Origin: Gammaproteobacteria bacterium
Lineage (GTDB): Bacteria; Pseudomonadota; Gammaproteobacteria; GCA-001735895
NCBI GenBank assembly: GCA_041569645.1
Contig: JBFFXR010000002.1
Location: forward strand, 1 to 52,747
Direction of reading: 5' to 3'
DNA: 52,747 bases
Positions 1 through 10,322 of this stretch are shown in pieces. Under the pieces are notes generated by a model that had not been told where the DNA came from, searched no databases, and saw only the letters and a program-made list of their open reading frames with translations. The position numbers and the translations under genes were made by a program. Each line of letters opens with the position of its first letter. Within the stretch, counting starts at the first letter, position 1.

Positions 1-1144
1 GACGATCGGTGTATTCGACCGCCTCGGCGTAGGCGGCATAAATCTTGTGTGGATCATGGCCGCCGCGGTTCAGCCGCCAGATGTCCTCGTCCGACATCTC
101 GGCGACCATCTCGAGGGTCTCGGGGTACTTGCCGAAAAAATGCTCGCGGGTATAGGCACCACCCTTGGCCTTGTAAGCCTGGTATTCGCCGTCGACGGTT
201 TCTTCCATCAGCCGCTGCAATACGCCTTCCTTGTCCTTGGCGAACAGGTGATCCCAGTAGGAACCCCAAATGACCTTGAGCACGTTCCAGCCGGCGCCGC
301 GGAACACGGCTTCGAGTTCCTGGATGATCTTGCCGTTGCCGCGCACCGGTCCGTCGAGCCGTTGCAGGTTGCAGTTGATGACGAAAATGAGATTGTCGAG
401 CTTTTCGCGCGAGGCCAGCGAGATCGCGCCGAGCGATTCCGGCTCGTCCATCTCGCCGTCGCCCATGAAGGCCCAGACTTTTCGATTTTGCCGTTCTTGC
501 AGGCCGCGATTCTCGAGATATTTCAGGAACCGTGCCTGATAGATTGCCATCAACGGGCCGAGCCCCATCGACACGGTCGGGAATTGCCAGAAATTCGGCA
601 TCAGCCAGGGATGGGGATAGGATGACAGACCGTTGTCGTCGAGCGCTTCCTGGCGGAAGGCACGCAACTGCTCTTCGCTGAGGCGGCCCTCGAGAAACGC
701 GCGGGCATAGACGCCGGGCGCCGAATGACCCTGAAAAAACACCAGATCACCTTTGTTGTCATCGGTCGGTGCACGGAAAAAGTGCATGAAACCGACATCG
801 TAGAGTGTCGCCGCCGATGCGAAGCTCGCGATATGACCACCGAGTTCGCTGGCCTTGCGGTTGGCGTGCACGACCATCGCCGCGGCATTCCAGCGAATCG
901 CGGAGCGGATGCTGTGTTCGATCGCCTGGTCGCCGGGTATCGGGCGCTGGCGTTCCTCGGGAATCGTGTTGACGTAGGCGGTATTGGCAGAAAACGGCAG
1001 GTAGGCGCCGGAGCGGCGAGTCTTGTCGATCAGTTTATCGAGCAGGAAGTGCGCCCGCTCGGGACCCTCCCGCTCCAGCACCGAATCGAGTGACTCCATC
1101 CATTCCTGTGTCTCCTGCGGATCAATGTCAGTTTCGTCTACCAC
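1..1144 (-). CDS. aceE: pyruvate dehydrogenase E1 component, N-terminal ~381 codons; 3' end runs off the left window edge
   Basis: Not in the ORF track (no stop in window). Minus-strand translation from GTG at 1144 reads VVDETDIDPQETQEWMESLDSVLEREGPERAHFLLDKLI, later PNFWQFPTVSMGLGPLMAI and VWAFMGDGEMDEPESLGAI (ThDP GDG motif). Track ORF 47..625(+) is its antisense shadow. Confidence 0.85.
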   Translation of the reverse strand, partial: MVDETDIDPQETQEWMESLDSVLEREGPERAHFLLDKLIDKTRRSGAYLPFSANTAYVNTIPEERQRPIPGDQAIEHSIRSAIRWNAAAMVVHANRKASELGGHIASFASAATLYDVGFMHFFRAPTDDNKGDLVFFQGHSAPGVYARAFLEGRLSEEQLRAFRQEALDDNGLSSYPHPWLMPNFWQFPTVSMGLGPLMAIYQARFLKYLENRGLQERQNRKVWAFMGDGEMDEPESLGAISLASREKLDNLIFVINCNLQRLDGPVRGNGKIIQELEAVFRGAGWNVLKVIWGSYWDHLFAKDKEGVLQRLMEETVDGEYQAYKAKGGAYTREHFFGKYPETLEMVAEMSDEDIWRLNRGGHDPHKIYAAYAEAVEYTDR

Positions 1145-1260
1145 GGGATTCGCCTTTATTGTAAATTGGCCGGAGTATATCGCATGCGGTCGAGCCGCCT
1201 GACTTAATTCTTGGAATTTATTGCAATATTAATCTTCCTTATCCGCCCTCTGCAAATACT

Positions 1261-2310
1261 ATGGACGAACTGAGCCTCATCCGTCCCGATGACTGGCACC
1301 TGCACCTGCGTGACTCGCCGTTTCTCGAAGCGGTCGTCGCCGATAGCGCGCGCCAATTCGCGCGCGCGATCGTCATGCCGAACCTCGTGCCGCCGGTGCG
1401 CAGCTACGCCGATGCGCTGGCCTACCGCGAGCGCATCCTCGCCGCGCTGCCGCCGGCAAGTTCCTTCGAGCCGCTGATGACGCTCTACCTGACCGACAAC
1501 ACGCGCGTCGACGAAATTCGCGCGGCCGCCGAGTCGGCCGAAGTATTCGGGGCCAAACTCTACCCGGCCGGCGCGACCACCAACTCGGATGCCGGCGTCA
1601 CCGATCTCGACAGGCTCGCTGCGGTGTTCGACGCGATGCAGGAACACGACCTGGTGCTGCAGGTCCACGGCGAGGCGACCGATCCCGGCATCGACGTTTT
1701 CGATCGGGAAAAGGTCTTCATCGAGCGCAGCCTCGAGCGGATCCGGCGGGATTTCCCCGCGCTGCGCATCGTCTTCGAACACGTCACGACGCGCGACGCG
1801 GTCGACTACGTCTGCGCCGCCGACGCCAATCTCGCGGCGACGATTACGCCGCATCACCTGTTGATCAATCGCAACGCGATGTTTGCCGGCGGGCTGCGTC
1901 CGCATCACTACTGCCTGCCGGTGGCCAAGCGCGAGACGCACCGCCAGGCGCTACTGGCTGCGGCGACCGGTGGTGATGCGCGGTTTTTCGCCGGTACCGA
2001 CAGCGCGCCGCACAGCCGCGCGGCCAAGGAGTCGTCCTGCGGCTGCGCCGGCATCTACTCGGCGCACGCCGCAATCGAACTCTACGCCGAAGCCTTCGAA
2101 CAAGCCGGCGGCTTCGCTCACTTCGAGGCCTTCATGAGCCGTAACGGCGCCGAATTTTACGGCTTGCCGCCCAACCGGGAGCGAATCCGGCTGGTCCGCC
2201 GCGACTGGCAGGTGCCGGACGCACTGCCCTGCCCCGACGGCGAACTGGTGCCGTTTCGCGCCGGCGAAACCCTGCGCTGGAAACTCGAAGCCGATGGCCG
2301 AACCGGCTAG
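1261..2310 (+). CDS. pyrC: dihydroorotase, homodimeric type
   Basis: 349 aa; N-terminal [11 protein letters not shown] metal-binding motif, FGAKLYPAG and AGTDSAPH motifs typical of PyrC. Confidence 0.93.
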   Translation: MDELSLIRPDDWHLHLRDSPFLEAVVADSARQFARAIVMPNLVPPVRSYADALAYRERILAALPPASSFEPLMTLYLTDNTRVDEIRAAAESAEVFGAKLYPAGATTNSDAGVTDLDRLAAVFDAMQEHDLVLQVHGEATDPGIDVFDREKVFIERSLERIRRDFPALRIVFEHVTTRDAVDYVCAADANLAATITPHHLLINRNAMFAGGLRPHHYCLPVAKRETHRQALLAAATGGDARFFAGTDSAPHSRAAKESSCGCAGIYSAHAAIELYAEAFEQAGGFAHFEAFMSRNGAEFYGLPPNRERIRLVRRDWQVPDALPCPDGELVPFRAGETLRWKLEADGRTG

Positions 2311-2911
2311 TCTCGCGACGCGCTTTCGCGGCTTTCTGCCGGTTGTCGTCGACGTCGAGACCGGCGGTTTCAACGAGGCGACCGACGCGCTGTTGCAGAT
2401 CGCCGCGGTGCTGATCGATGTCGACGAGGCGGGCAAGCTCTACTGTGCCGAGACCGTTGCCTGCCACGTCAATCCGTTCGCTGGCGCCAACCTCGATCCC
2501 AAGTCGATGGAAATCAACGGCATCGATATCGACCACCCGTTTCGCCTCGCGGTCGACGAGAAAGAGGCCCTGCCTAAAATCTTCAAGCCGATTCGCAACG
2601 AGATCAAGCGCCACGGCTGCAACAAGGCTATCCTCGTCGGCCACAACGCGCACTTCGATCTGAAGTTCGTCAACGCCGCGGCCGAGCGCGCCGGCATCAA
2701 GCGCAATCCTTTTCACCCGTTTTCGACGCTCGACACGGTCAGTCTCGCCGCGCTCGCCTACGGCCAGACCGTGCTCGCGCGAGCGGTTCGCGCGGCCGGA
2801 CTGGAATGGGATCCGAGCGAGGCGCACTCGGCGATCTACGACGCCGAAATGACCGCGGCGTTGTTCTGCAAGATCGTCAACGAGACCCGGGTTGGTCATG
2901 TGGGCAAGTAA
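2294..2911 (+). CDS. rnt: ribonuclease T
   Basis: 205 aa; [18 protein letters not shown] matches the RNase T N-terminus and DEDD exonuclease motif I; HNAHFD and H-x4-D (HSAIYDA) motifs; 17-nt overlap with pyrC. Confidence 0.92.
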   Translation: MAEPASLATRFRGFLPVVVDVETGGFNEATDALLQIAAVLIDVDEAGKLYCAETVACHVNPFAGANLDPKSMEINGIDIDHPFRLAVDEKEALPKIFKPIRNEIKRHGCNKAILVGHNAHFDLKFVNAAAERAGIKRNPFHPFSTLDTVSLAALAYGQTVLARAVRAAGLEWDPSEAHSAIYDAEMTAALFCKIVNETRVGHVGK

Positions 2912-2953
2912 ATTTCATCTATACTCATCGCAATCCCCCACCGCTCGCCAATC

Positions 2954-3856
2954 TTGCGTAAAGAAGATCTCGCCATCATCGTCGTCGACGATTTGCAGTT
3001 CAGCCGCGAAGTCGTCAAGTCGGGCCTGACCAAGTCGGGTTTCGCCGACGTGCGCACCGCGTCGTCGGCCGACGAGGCGCTTTACCTCTTGAACCAGCGT
3101 CGTGCCCACGTAGTGCTCGCCGACTTCTGGATGCCGGGCATGAACGGCCTCGAGATGACCGACCTGATCCGCCGCTGGGACGAGAACCACGACCGCTATA
3201 CCGGCATCGTCTTGCTGACCGCCGAGGACACCGCTTCGAGCATCGTCGTCGCCTTCGAGCGCGGCGTCGACGATTTCGTTTCCAAGTCGGCGAATCAATT
3301 CGAACTGGCGGCGCGGGTGTTCGGCGCCGGCCGCACGGCGTGGGAGCAAAACGCGCTGCGCGAACGCATGCGCAACCTGAGCAGCCAGTTCCTACGGGTC
3401 AAGCAGTTCAGCCTGCAGGATCCGGAAACCAACCTGCCCAACCGCTCGCAGCTCGAATTGCACATCGAATCGATGATCGAACACTGCAACGCGCGCGGCG
3501 GCGGACTCGGGCTTGGCCTGATCGAAGTCAGCGCGCAAAACGGCAAGCTGCGACTCGGCACGCTCAAGACGATCGCCAACTCGATTCAGCTTTCGCTGCG
3601 GCCGATGGACATGGTTTCGCGCTTCAATCTGAATACCTTCGCCGTGCTGGTGCAATACGGCGATCCGCAACATTTCAATCCCGACCTGTTTGCGCGGCTG
3701 ATCCAGAACATTCGCCGGCACACGCAACAAACCAGCGAGCAGGGCCGCCAGTTACAAATCGCGGTCGGAATCTGGTACGGGCACGAATTCAATCCTGCGC
3801 CAACGGTCGACGAAATCGTCGCCATGGCGCACCAGGCGAGCCTGCCGATTCACTGA
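2954..3856 (+). CDS. response regulator: receiver domain plus degenerate GGDEF-like domain (NLNTF in place of GGDEF, RxxD I-site kept)
   Basis: 300 aa, TTG start. REC: IIVVDD...LADFWMPGMNG...VDDFVSKS. C-terminal DPETNLPNRSQL resembles the GGDEF-domain start. The A-site position reads RPMD-MVSRF-NLNTF. Confidence 0.75.
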   Translation: MRKEDLAIIVVDDLQFSREVVKSGLTKSGFADVRTASSADEALYLLNQRRAHVVLADFWMPGMNGLEMTDLIRRWDENHDRYTGIVLLTAEDTASSIVVAFERGVDDFVSKSANQFELAARVFGAGRTAWEQNALRERMRNLSSQFLRVKQFSLQDPETNLPNRSQLELHIESMIEHCNARGGGLGLGLIEVSAQNGKLRLGTLKTIANSIQLSLRPMDMVSRFNLNTFAVLVQYGDPQHFNPDLFARLIQNIRRHTQQTSEQGRQLQIAVGIWYGHEFNPAPTVDEIVAMAHQASLPIH

Positions 3857-3862
3857 GCGGGA

Positions 3863-3891
3863 GGCCGGCGCTGCGTTCAGCTGGCCTTTTT
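3863..3891 (+). terminator. candidate intrinsic terminator for the REC-GGDEF-like gene, embedded in the 3' end of convergent grxD
   Basis: GGCCGGC (3863-3869) pairs with GCTGGCC (3880-3886; one G-U), 10-nt loop, then TTTTT (3887-3891). Confidence 0.4.
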
Positions 3892-4203
3892 CGCCAGCGC
3901 CGCGTTGGCCAGCTTTTCGAGGTCGCCCGACTCGAGCATTTCCAGCGTGATATCGCAGCCGCCGATCAGCTCGCCGTCGACGTAAACCTGCGGAAAGGTC
4001 GGCCAGTCGGCGAAGCGCGGCAGATTCTCGAAGATTTCGGGGTCGGCCAGAACGTTGACGTAGGCGAACTCGATTTCGAGCGACTTGAGCGCCTCCGCGG
4101 TACGGCTGGAAAAACCGCACTGCGGCAATTGCGGCGTGCCTTTCATGTAAATGATGACCGGATAGGTCTCGACTTGTTGCTTGATCCGTTCCAGGACGTC
4201 CAT
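3877..4203 (-). CDS. grxD: monothiol glutaredoxin (Grx4 family)
   Basis: 108 aa; VIIYMKGTPQLPQCGFSS with the CGFS active site, WPTFPQVYVDGELIGGCDI. Confidence 0.93.
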   Translation of the reverse strand: MDVLERIKQQVETYPVIIYMKGTPQLPQCGFSSRTAEALKSLEIEFAYVNVLADPEIFENLPRFADWPTFPQVYVDGELIGGCDITLEMLESGDLEKLANAALAKKAS

Positions 4204-4262
4204 TAAATACCTCTGAAAATTATCTGCCGGTTGCAGCTAAGTAATCATCTTAAACCTTTTTT

Positions 4263-6074
4263 TCAAGCCGGAGAATTACCGCCTGCCGCCCGCGCGACCG
4301 GATCGACGTGCATCTGCAGCCAGTATTCGAGCAACGCGCTGTGCCACAGCTTGCTGCCGTTCAGGCGCGTAAAGTGGGTTTCGGGTTCGGCCAGCAGGCG
4401 ATCGATGTAGGCGCGGTTGAACAGCCCGCGCTCGCGGCTGGCCCGGCAGTTCAGCGTGTCTTTCATGAAATCGTAAAACTCGCCACGGACGTATTTCAGT
4501 GCCGGCATCGGAAAATAGCCCTTGGGCCGATCGATGACCGCATCCGGAATCCGACCGCGCGCGATTTCCTTGAGCAGGCCCTTGCCGTCGTGTTTCAGCT
4601 TGAGTTCGGGCGGACAGGACGCCACCAGCTCGACCAGATGGTGATCGAGGAAGGGTACGCGCGCTTCGAGTCCCCAGGCCATCGTCATGTTGTCGACGCG
4701 CTTGACCGGATCGTCGACGATCAGCGTGGTCACGTCGAAACGCAACACCGCGTCGAGGAAGCTGTCGGCCTGGTCGGTATCGAGATGTTCCGCGATCAGC
4801 GCCGACGTGTAGTCGTCGCCGTGGTAGCGCGCGGCTACCGTTTCGAGGAACTCGGCGTGGTCACGGTCGACGTAGCGCCGGGCGAAGCGCTCGAGCGGCG
4901 GCTCGTTTTGCGCCGCCCACATCTGCGCGTACCAGAAGTACCCGGCGAAAACCTCGTCGGCACCCTGGCCGCTCTGCACGACCTTGACCGAGCGCGAAAC
5001 CTGCTCGGCAAGCAGGAAGAACGCAACCGCATCCTGGCCGAACATCGGCTCGGCCATCGCCGCGACCGCCTCGGGCAGACGCGTCAGCACTTCGTCGTTC
5101 GGAATCAGAAATTTCTGGTGGTCCGACGAGTAGCGCGCCGCTACCGGGTCGGAAAATTCGAACTCATTACCGCGCTCCTCGGGCTGGTCCTCGAAGCCGA
5201 TACTGAAGGTGCGCAAATCATGCTGGCCGGCCTCGGCGAGCAGCGCGACCAGCAGGCTGGAGTCGAGACCGCCCGACAAAAGCACGCCGACCGGCACGTC
5301 GGCGATGGTCATGCGCTTCTTGACCGCCTGCATCAACGCATCGTGGACCAGCTCGTTCCACTCCTCGGGGCTGCGCCGCTCGGCTGGTCGTTTCGCGTTC
5401 AGATCCCAATAACGGCGCTCGACGATCTTGCCGTCGGTGGACACCGTCAGCGTGTGCCCCGGGTGGCACTTGTGAATCGCCGCGAGCAGCGTGCGCGGCG
5501 CCGGTATCACGGCGTGCAGGCTCAATTGATGATGCAGGCCGATCGGGTCGATCGCGGTGTCGAAGCGCCCGGTCGCGAGCAACGCCTGCAGGTTGGACGC
5601 GAAGTAAAAGCCGTCGTCGGCGACGGCGTAGTACAGCGGCTTGATGCCGATGCGGTCGCGCGCGACGAACAGGCTTCGCCGCTCGCTATCCCAGATCGCG
5701 AAGGCGAACATGCCGTGCAGTCTGGCTACCGCGTCCTCACCCCAGCAGGCATAGGCATTCAGGATGACCTCGGTATCGCTGTGCGATTTGAAGCGGTAAC
5801 CCTTGCCGACGAGTTGCTCGCGCAATTCGGGATAGTTGTAAATCGTGCCGTTGAAGACGATGTGGTAACGACCGCCCGCATCGACCATCGGCTGGTGCCC
5901 GGCGGGCGACAAATCGATGATTGCGAGCCGCCGGTGGCCGAGCAGCACCGGCCCGTCACGGTACTCGCCGCTGTCGTCGGGACCGCGGCGCGCGACGGCT
6001 TCCGACATACCCGTCGCGAGCCCTGGATCGGGCACCGTATCATTGAATCCGAGGACTCCGAACAAGCCGCACAT
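4263..6074 (-). CDS. asparagine synthase (glutamine-hydrolysing) family protein
   Basis: 603 aa; N-terminal MCGLFG (Ntn Cys2), HRRLAIIDLS, and the PP-loop-like motif LLSGGLDSS of the synthetase domain. Confidence 0.88.
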   Translation of the reverse strand: MCGLFGVLGFNDTVPDPGLATGMSEAVARRGPDDSGEYRDGPVLLGHRRLAIIDLSPAGHQPMVDAGGRYHIVFNGTIYNYPELREQLVGKGYRFKSHSDTEVILNAYACWGEDAVARLHGMFAFAIWDSERRSLFVARDRIGIKPLYYAVADDGFYFASNLQALLATGRFDTAIDPIGLHHQLSLHAVIPAPRTLLAAIHKCHPGHTLTVSTDGKIVERRYWDLNAKRPAERRSPEEWNELVHDALMQAVKKRMTIADVPVGVLLSGGLDSSLLVALLAEAGQHDLRTFSIGFEDQPEERGNEFEFSDPVAARYSSDHQKFLIPNDEVLTRLPEAVAAMAEPMFGQDAVAFFLLAEQVSRSVKVVQSGQGADEVFAGYFWYAQMWAAQNEPPLERFARRYVDRDHAEFLETVAARYHGDDYTSALIAEHLDTDQADSFLDAVLRFDVTTLIVDDPVKRVDNMTMAWGLEARVPFLDHHLVELVASCPPELKLKHDGKGLLKEIARGRIPDAVIDRPKGYFPMPALKYVRGEFYDFMKDTLNCRASRERGLFNRAYIDRLLAEPETHFTRLNGSKLWHSALLEYWLQMHVDPVARAAGGNSPA

Positions 6075-6229
6075 AGGTCTCTATATCCGTGATTTTCAGC
6101 GCGGATGCCAGCGCCCGGGGCGGCAATTGCGCCCCCTCGGGAAAGTCCTTATACTCCGCCGCAAGTAGCGGGTAAGGGCTAGCAACCCGTGATCCGCTTA
6201 TTCTAAACGTTTATAACCGGGAGTCATTA

Positions 6230-6829
6230 ATGAATCCGTTAAAATCCATTACCGGCACCATCGTCACCGGTATCGTGATCGCCGTGATCTTGATGATCAT
6301 CTTTGCCGACGGCGCCGGCTTCAATCTCCTCGGCTGGAGCGTCTGGTTGCACGCGCTGGCGGGCGTCGCCTGGATCGGCCTGCTGTACTACTTCAATTTC
6401 GTCCAGGTCCCCGGCGTCGCCAAGGCGCTGGCCGAAGCCGACAGCGGCGGCCCGGGCCCGGCAGCGATCAACAAGTACGTCGCCCCCACGGCACTGCTGT
6501 GGTTTCGCTGGGCGGCGGTCGTGACCTGGCTGTCGGGCGCGTTGATCCTGTGGCAGTACGGTATCCTGCACGCGGCCTTCATGTTCCAGGAAGGCGCCGC
6601 GGTGATCGGCGTCGGCGCCTGGCTCGGCACGATCATGTTGTTCAACGTCTGGGTTTTCATCTGGCCCAATCAGAAGAAGATCCTCGGTCTCGACGGCCAG
6701 AGCCACGACGCCGAAGTCATCGCCAAGGCCAAGTCGGTCGCGCTGATGGCGTCGCGCACCAATACCGCGCTCTCCATTCCGATGCTGTTGTCGATGACCG
6801 CTTACGCCCACGGCGGATTTCCCTTCTAA
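6230..6829 (+). CDS. integral membrane protein, about 5 TM helices, function unknown (possibly related to the membrane domain of PuuD-like proteins)
   Basis: 199 aa; hydrophobic segments ITGTIVTGIVIAVILMIIF, WLHALAGVAWIGLLYYF, WAAVVTWLSGALILW, IGVGAWLGTIMLFNVWVFIW, ALSIPMLLSMTAYA; GGAG-like RBS upstream. The family assignment is from memory only. Confidence 0.6.
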   Translation: MNPLKSITGTIVTGIVIAVILMIIFADGAGFNLLGWSVWLHALAGVAWIGLLYYFNFVQVPGVAKALAEADSGGPGPAAINKYVAPTALLWFRWAAVVTWLSGALILWQYGILHAAFMFQEGAAVIGVGAWLGTIMLFNVWVFIWPNQKKILGLDGQSHDAEVIAKAKSVALMASRTNTALSIPMLLSMTAYAHGGFPF

Positions 6830-6846
6830 AACGTTTTCGGTCCGCT

Positions 6847-6879
6847 CGAGCCACCCGTTGCATTACAGCGGGTGGCTCG
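6847..6879 (+). terminator. perfect 11-bp GC-rich hairpin downstream of the membrane-protein gene (no clear U-tract)
   Basis: CGAGCCACCCG (6847-6857) and CGGGTGGCTCG (6869-6879) are exact reverse complements with an 11-nt loop. Confidence 0.4.
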
Positions 6880-6954
6880 GTTGCGGACGGAAAAAACACT
6901 TGTAATCGCGCCAAATCGCTGTATGTTTGAGCGTTTTTTTCAGGCGCCATCCGA

Positions 6955-8130
6955 ATGTCGGACCATCTCGTCACTGCCTACCAGTCGCTACCGGTCAGCT
7001 TCGAGCGCGGCGACGGCTGCTATCTGTGGGATAGCGACCAGCGGCAGTACTTCGACGCGCTGTGCGGCATTGCGGTCACCAGCCTGGGGCATAATTTTCC
7101 GCCGCTGACCGCCGCGCTCGGCGAGCAGGCGGCAACCCTGCTGCACACCTCCAACCTTTATACGATACCGTGGCAACAGAAACTGGCCGACCGGCTTTGC
7201 GCGGCGGCCGGCATGGAGCGCGTGTTTTTCGGTAACTCCGGCGCCGAAGCCAACGAGGCGGCAATCAAGCTCGCGCGCCTGCACGGTCACGCGCGTGGCA
7301 TCGAGTCGCCGCAGATCATCGTCATGCAGGGCGCGTTTCACGGCCGTACGATGGCGACACTGTCGGCGACCGGCAGCCGCAAGGTGCAGGCCGGCTTCGA
7401 ACCGCTGGTCGGCGGCTTCGTGCGCGCGCCCTTCGACGACGTCGGCGCGATCGAAGCGATCGCCGCCAACAACCGCAAGGTTGCCGCGGTACTCGTCGAA
7501 CCGGTGCAGGGCGAGGCCGGCATCGTCATCCCGGAGCCGGGATACCTCGCGGCGCTGCGGCGGATCTGCGACCAGCGGGGCTGGCTGCTGATGCTCGACG
7601 AAATCCAGTGTGGCATGGCGCGCAGCGGAAAGTTGTTCGCCTTCGAGCACGAGGACATTCGACCCGACGTCATGACGCTGGCCAAGGCGCTCGGCAACGG
7701 CGTGCCGATTGGCGCCTGCCTGGTCGCCGGGCTCGCAACCGACCTGATCCGGCCGGGCAACCACGGTTCGACCTTTGGCGGCAACCCGCTCGTCTGCCGT
7801 GCTGCGCTGGTCGTCCTCGAGGCCATGCTCGAAAGCGACCTGGCGGCCAACGCCGCGGCGCGTGGCGCCGAGCTCCGGGCGCAACTCGACGCGGCGTTCG
7901 GCGACGACGAACGCGTTACCGATATTCGCCAGCTCGGCCTGCTAATCGGAATCGAACTCGATCGCGCCTGCGGCGACGTCGTCCGGCTCGCCCTCGAGCG
8001 TGGCTTGCTGGTCAACGTCACCGCCGAGCGCGTCGTGCGCGTCCTGCCGCCGCTGATACTCGATGCCGCGCAAACCGCCGAGCTCGGCGCGCGACTGATC
8101 GATACCATCAACGCATTCCTGGATCACTGA
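6955..8130 (+). CDS. argD: acetylornithine aminotransferase
   Basis: 391 aa; class III PLP aminotransferase motifs ([42 protein letters not shown] with PLP Lys); immediately followed by argF. Confidence 0.9.
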   Translation: MSDHLVTAYQSLPVSFERGDGCYLWDSDQRQYFDALCGIAVTSLGHNFPPLTAALGEQAATLLHTSNLYTIPWQQKLADRLCAAAGMERVFFGNSGAEANEAAIKLARLHGHARGIESPQIIVMQGAFHGRTMATLSATGSRKVQAGFEPLVGGFVRAPFDDVGAIEAIAANNRKVAAVLVEPVQGEAGIVIPEPGYLAALRRICDQRGWLLMLDEIQCGMARSGKLFAFEHEDIRPDVMTLAKALGNGVPIGACLVAGLATDLIRPGNHGSTFGGNPLVCRAALVVLEAMLESDLAANAAARGAELRAQLDAAFGDDERVTDIRQLGLLIGIELDRACGDVVRLALERGLLVNVTAERVVRVLPPLILDAAQTAELGARLIDTINAFLDH

Positions 8131-8131
8131 C

Positions 8132-9043
8132 ATGGCACCCCGGCATTTCATCAGCCTGCTCGATTTCAGCGGCGACGAGCTGCGCGAGTTGATCGCGCAC
8201 GCGATCGACGTCAAAGCCAAATTACGCCAGGGCATTGAACACAAACCGCTCGCCGGCAAGCTGCTGGCGATGATCTTCGAAAAATCCTCGACTCGCACGC
8301 GGGTTTCTTTCGAAGCCGGCATGTACCAGCTCGGCGGTCACGCGATGTTCCTGTCGCCGCGCGACAGCCACCTGGGCCGTGGCGAACCGATCGAAGACAG
8401 CGCGCGCGTGATCTCGAGCATGGTCGACGGTATTCTGATTCGCACCTTCGGGCATGACCGCGTCGAATTGCTCGCCAGGCACTCGGCGGTACCGGTCATC
8501 AACGGCCTGAGCGATCAACTGCATCCCTGCCAACTGCTCGCCGACATGCAGACCTTCTTCGAACTGCGCGGCGAAATCGCCGGCGCGACCGTGGCCTGGA
8601 TCGGCGACGGCAATAACATGTGCCACTCGTACATCAACGCCGCGATCCGTTTCGGTTTTCGCCTCAAAATCGCCAGCCCCGACGGACATGCGCCCGATGC
8701 CGCGATCGTCGCCAGCGGTGGCGACCTGATACAAGTCTTTGCAAGCGCTGGCGAGGCTGCCCGCGATGCGGACCTGGTCGTTACCGACGTCTGGGCGAGC
8801 ATGGGACAGGAGGACGAGCTCGAGGCGCGCAGCCGGGTATTTGCCGCCTACCAGGTCAATCGCGAAGTCATGGCCGCAGCCGGTGCCGACGCGCTGTTCA
8901 TGCACTGCCTGCCGGCGCATCGCGGCGAGGAGGTCAGCGCCGAGGTGCTCGACGGCGCGCAATCGGTGGTCTGGCAGGAAGCGGAAAACCGCCTGCACGC
9001 GCAAAAGGCGCTGCTCGAGCGCTTGCTCGCCGGTACAGCTTAG
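8132..9043 (+). CDS. argF: ornithine carbamoyltransferase
   Basis: 303 aa; STRTRVSFE carbamoyl-phosphate motif, [18 protein letters not shown]. Confidence 0.93.
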   Translation: MAPRHFISLLDFSGDELRELIAHAIDVKAKLRQGIEHKPLAGKLLAMIFEKSSTRTRVSFEAGMYQLGGHAMFLSPRDSHLGRGEPIEDSARVISSMVDGILIRTFGHDRVELLARHSAVPVINGLSDQLHPCQLLADMQTFFELRGEIAGATVAWIGDGNNMCHSYINAAIRFGFRLKIASPDGHAPDAAIVASGGDLIQVFASAGEAARDADLVVTDVWASMGQEDELEARSRVFAAYQVNREVMAAAGADALFMHCLPAHRGEEVSAEVLDGAQSVVWQEAENRLHAQKALLERLLAGTA

Positions 9044-9046
9044 ACC

Positions 9047-10252
9047 CTAGGCCGCCAGCACCTCGAGCCGGTTGCGTCCCTTTTCCTTGGCGAGCTTGAG
9101 CGCGGTATCGGCGCGCGCCAGCAGTTCGCGCGACGACGAGCCGGGCGCCACGGTCTGGCTGCCGACCCCGACCGATAGCGTCAGATAAGGACCCGATCTC
9201 GATTTCGCGTGCTCGATCTCGCGCGCTTCGAGTTGTTGCATGATCCGCCCGGCGAGCGCACGCGCGTTTTCGCCGCTGGTGCCCGGCAGCAGCAGCGCAA
9301 ACTCGGCACCGTGCAGGCGCGCGACCATTTGCTCGGGTCGCGACAGCTCGGCCGCCAGCAGGCGGGCGATTTCCTTGAGGCGACGATCGCCGGCTTCCTG
9401 GCCGTAGTGCGAGTTGTATTCGTAGTAATAGTCGAGGTTGAGCTTGATCAACGACACCGGTTCGCGATTGCCCTCGTACTGCCGCCAGACGTCCTCGAGC
9501 GCAACACGGAACGCACGGTAGTTGGACGCGCCGGTCAACTCGTCGGTAGTCGAGATCTTCTCCAGCGCCTTGTTGGTTTGCGAGACCGATTCGAGCAGGC
9601 GCTCGAGGTCCTCGATCAGCGTCTCGTTGTCGTAGCGATAGTACAGCGCGTCGTTGACCAGCGTACTCATGCGCTTGACGCTTATCGACGCCGCGCCCAT
9701 GAAGAAGATATACAGGAAGCAAAGCACGTAGGTATCGGCGTTGCGCTGCAGGAACAGCCAGATCGTCACCGGCAGCATGATCGCGACCAGGTAGGCGATA
9801 TAGATGCGCAGCGAGGTCGAAAGATAGGCGATCGCGCCGGCGCCCATGCCGAGCAGCAGCGAATGCAGGATGATTTGCACGTTGGTCGTAATGTAAGGCA
9901 TCAACAGCGCGGCGCCGCCGCCGAGCATCGCGCCGGCGGCTACGACGCCGACGAAAAAGCGATTGTGCCATTTCTGATACGGGAAATAAGCCTTGTTGCT
10001 GATCTGCTCGAAGCGCCTGAGCAGGCGCCAGCGCGCGAAGGATATCAGGCATAACAGCCCGAACCAGCCGACCACCCACAGCTCGCGTCCCTGGATCGAT
10101 AATTCGATATAGGCCAGCAATGCCGCGACCCCGGCGACGACCAGCGTAATCAGCGTACCGAGGCTGAAGCGGCTATAGAGAAAGGCGACGAGCTCCTGCT
10201 GCTGCAGATGATGGCTACTTACCGGCTGGTGGTCGAGATCGATACTGGACAC
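9047..10252 (-). CDS. membrane-anchored GGDEF-domain protein with non-canonical active-site motif HGAEF
   Basis: 401 aa; about 6 N-terminal hydrophobic helices, coiled linker, then TDELTGASNYRAF...LDYYYEYNSHYGQEAGD...RLHGAEFALLLPG. RPEQ stands where an RxxD I-site would be. Confidence 0.8.
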   Translation of the reverse strand: MSSIDLDHQPVSSHHLQQQELVAFLYSRFSLGTLITLVVAGVAALLAYIELSIQGRELWVVGWFGLLCLISFARWRLLRRFEQISNKAYFPYQKWHNRFFVGVVAAGAMLGGGAALLMPYITTNVQIILHSLLLGMGAGAIAYLSTSLRIYIAYLVAIMLPVTIWLFLQRNADTYVLCFLYIFFMGAASISVKRMSTLVNDALYYRYDNETLIEDLERLLESVSQTNKALEKISTTDELTGASNYRAFRVALEDVWRQYEGNREPVSLIKLNLDYYYEYNSHYGQEAGDRRLKEIARLLAAELSRPEQMVARLHGAEFALLLPGTSGENARALAGRIMQQLEAREIEHAKSRSGPYLTLSVGVGSQTVAPGSSSRELLARADTALKLAKEKGRNRLEVLAA

Positions 10253-10322
10253 GGCTGGAGTCTAGGTTGCAACCTGCTTCTATAATATAGTGCGATCTCG
10301 AGTGTATAGGATCACGAAAGCG

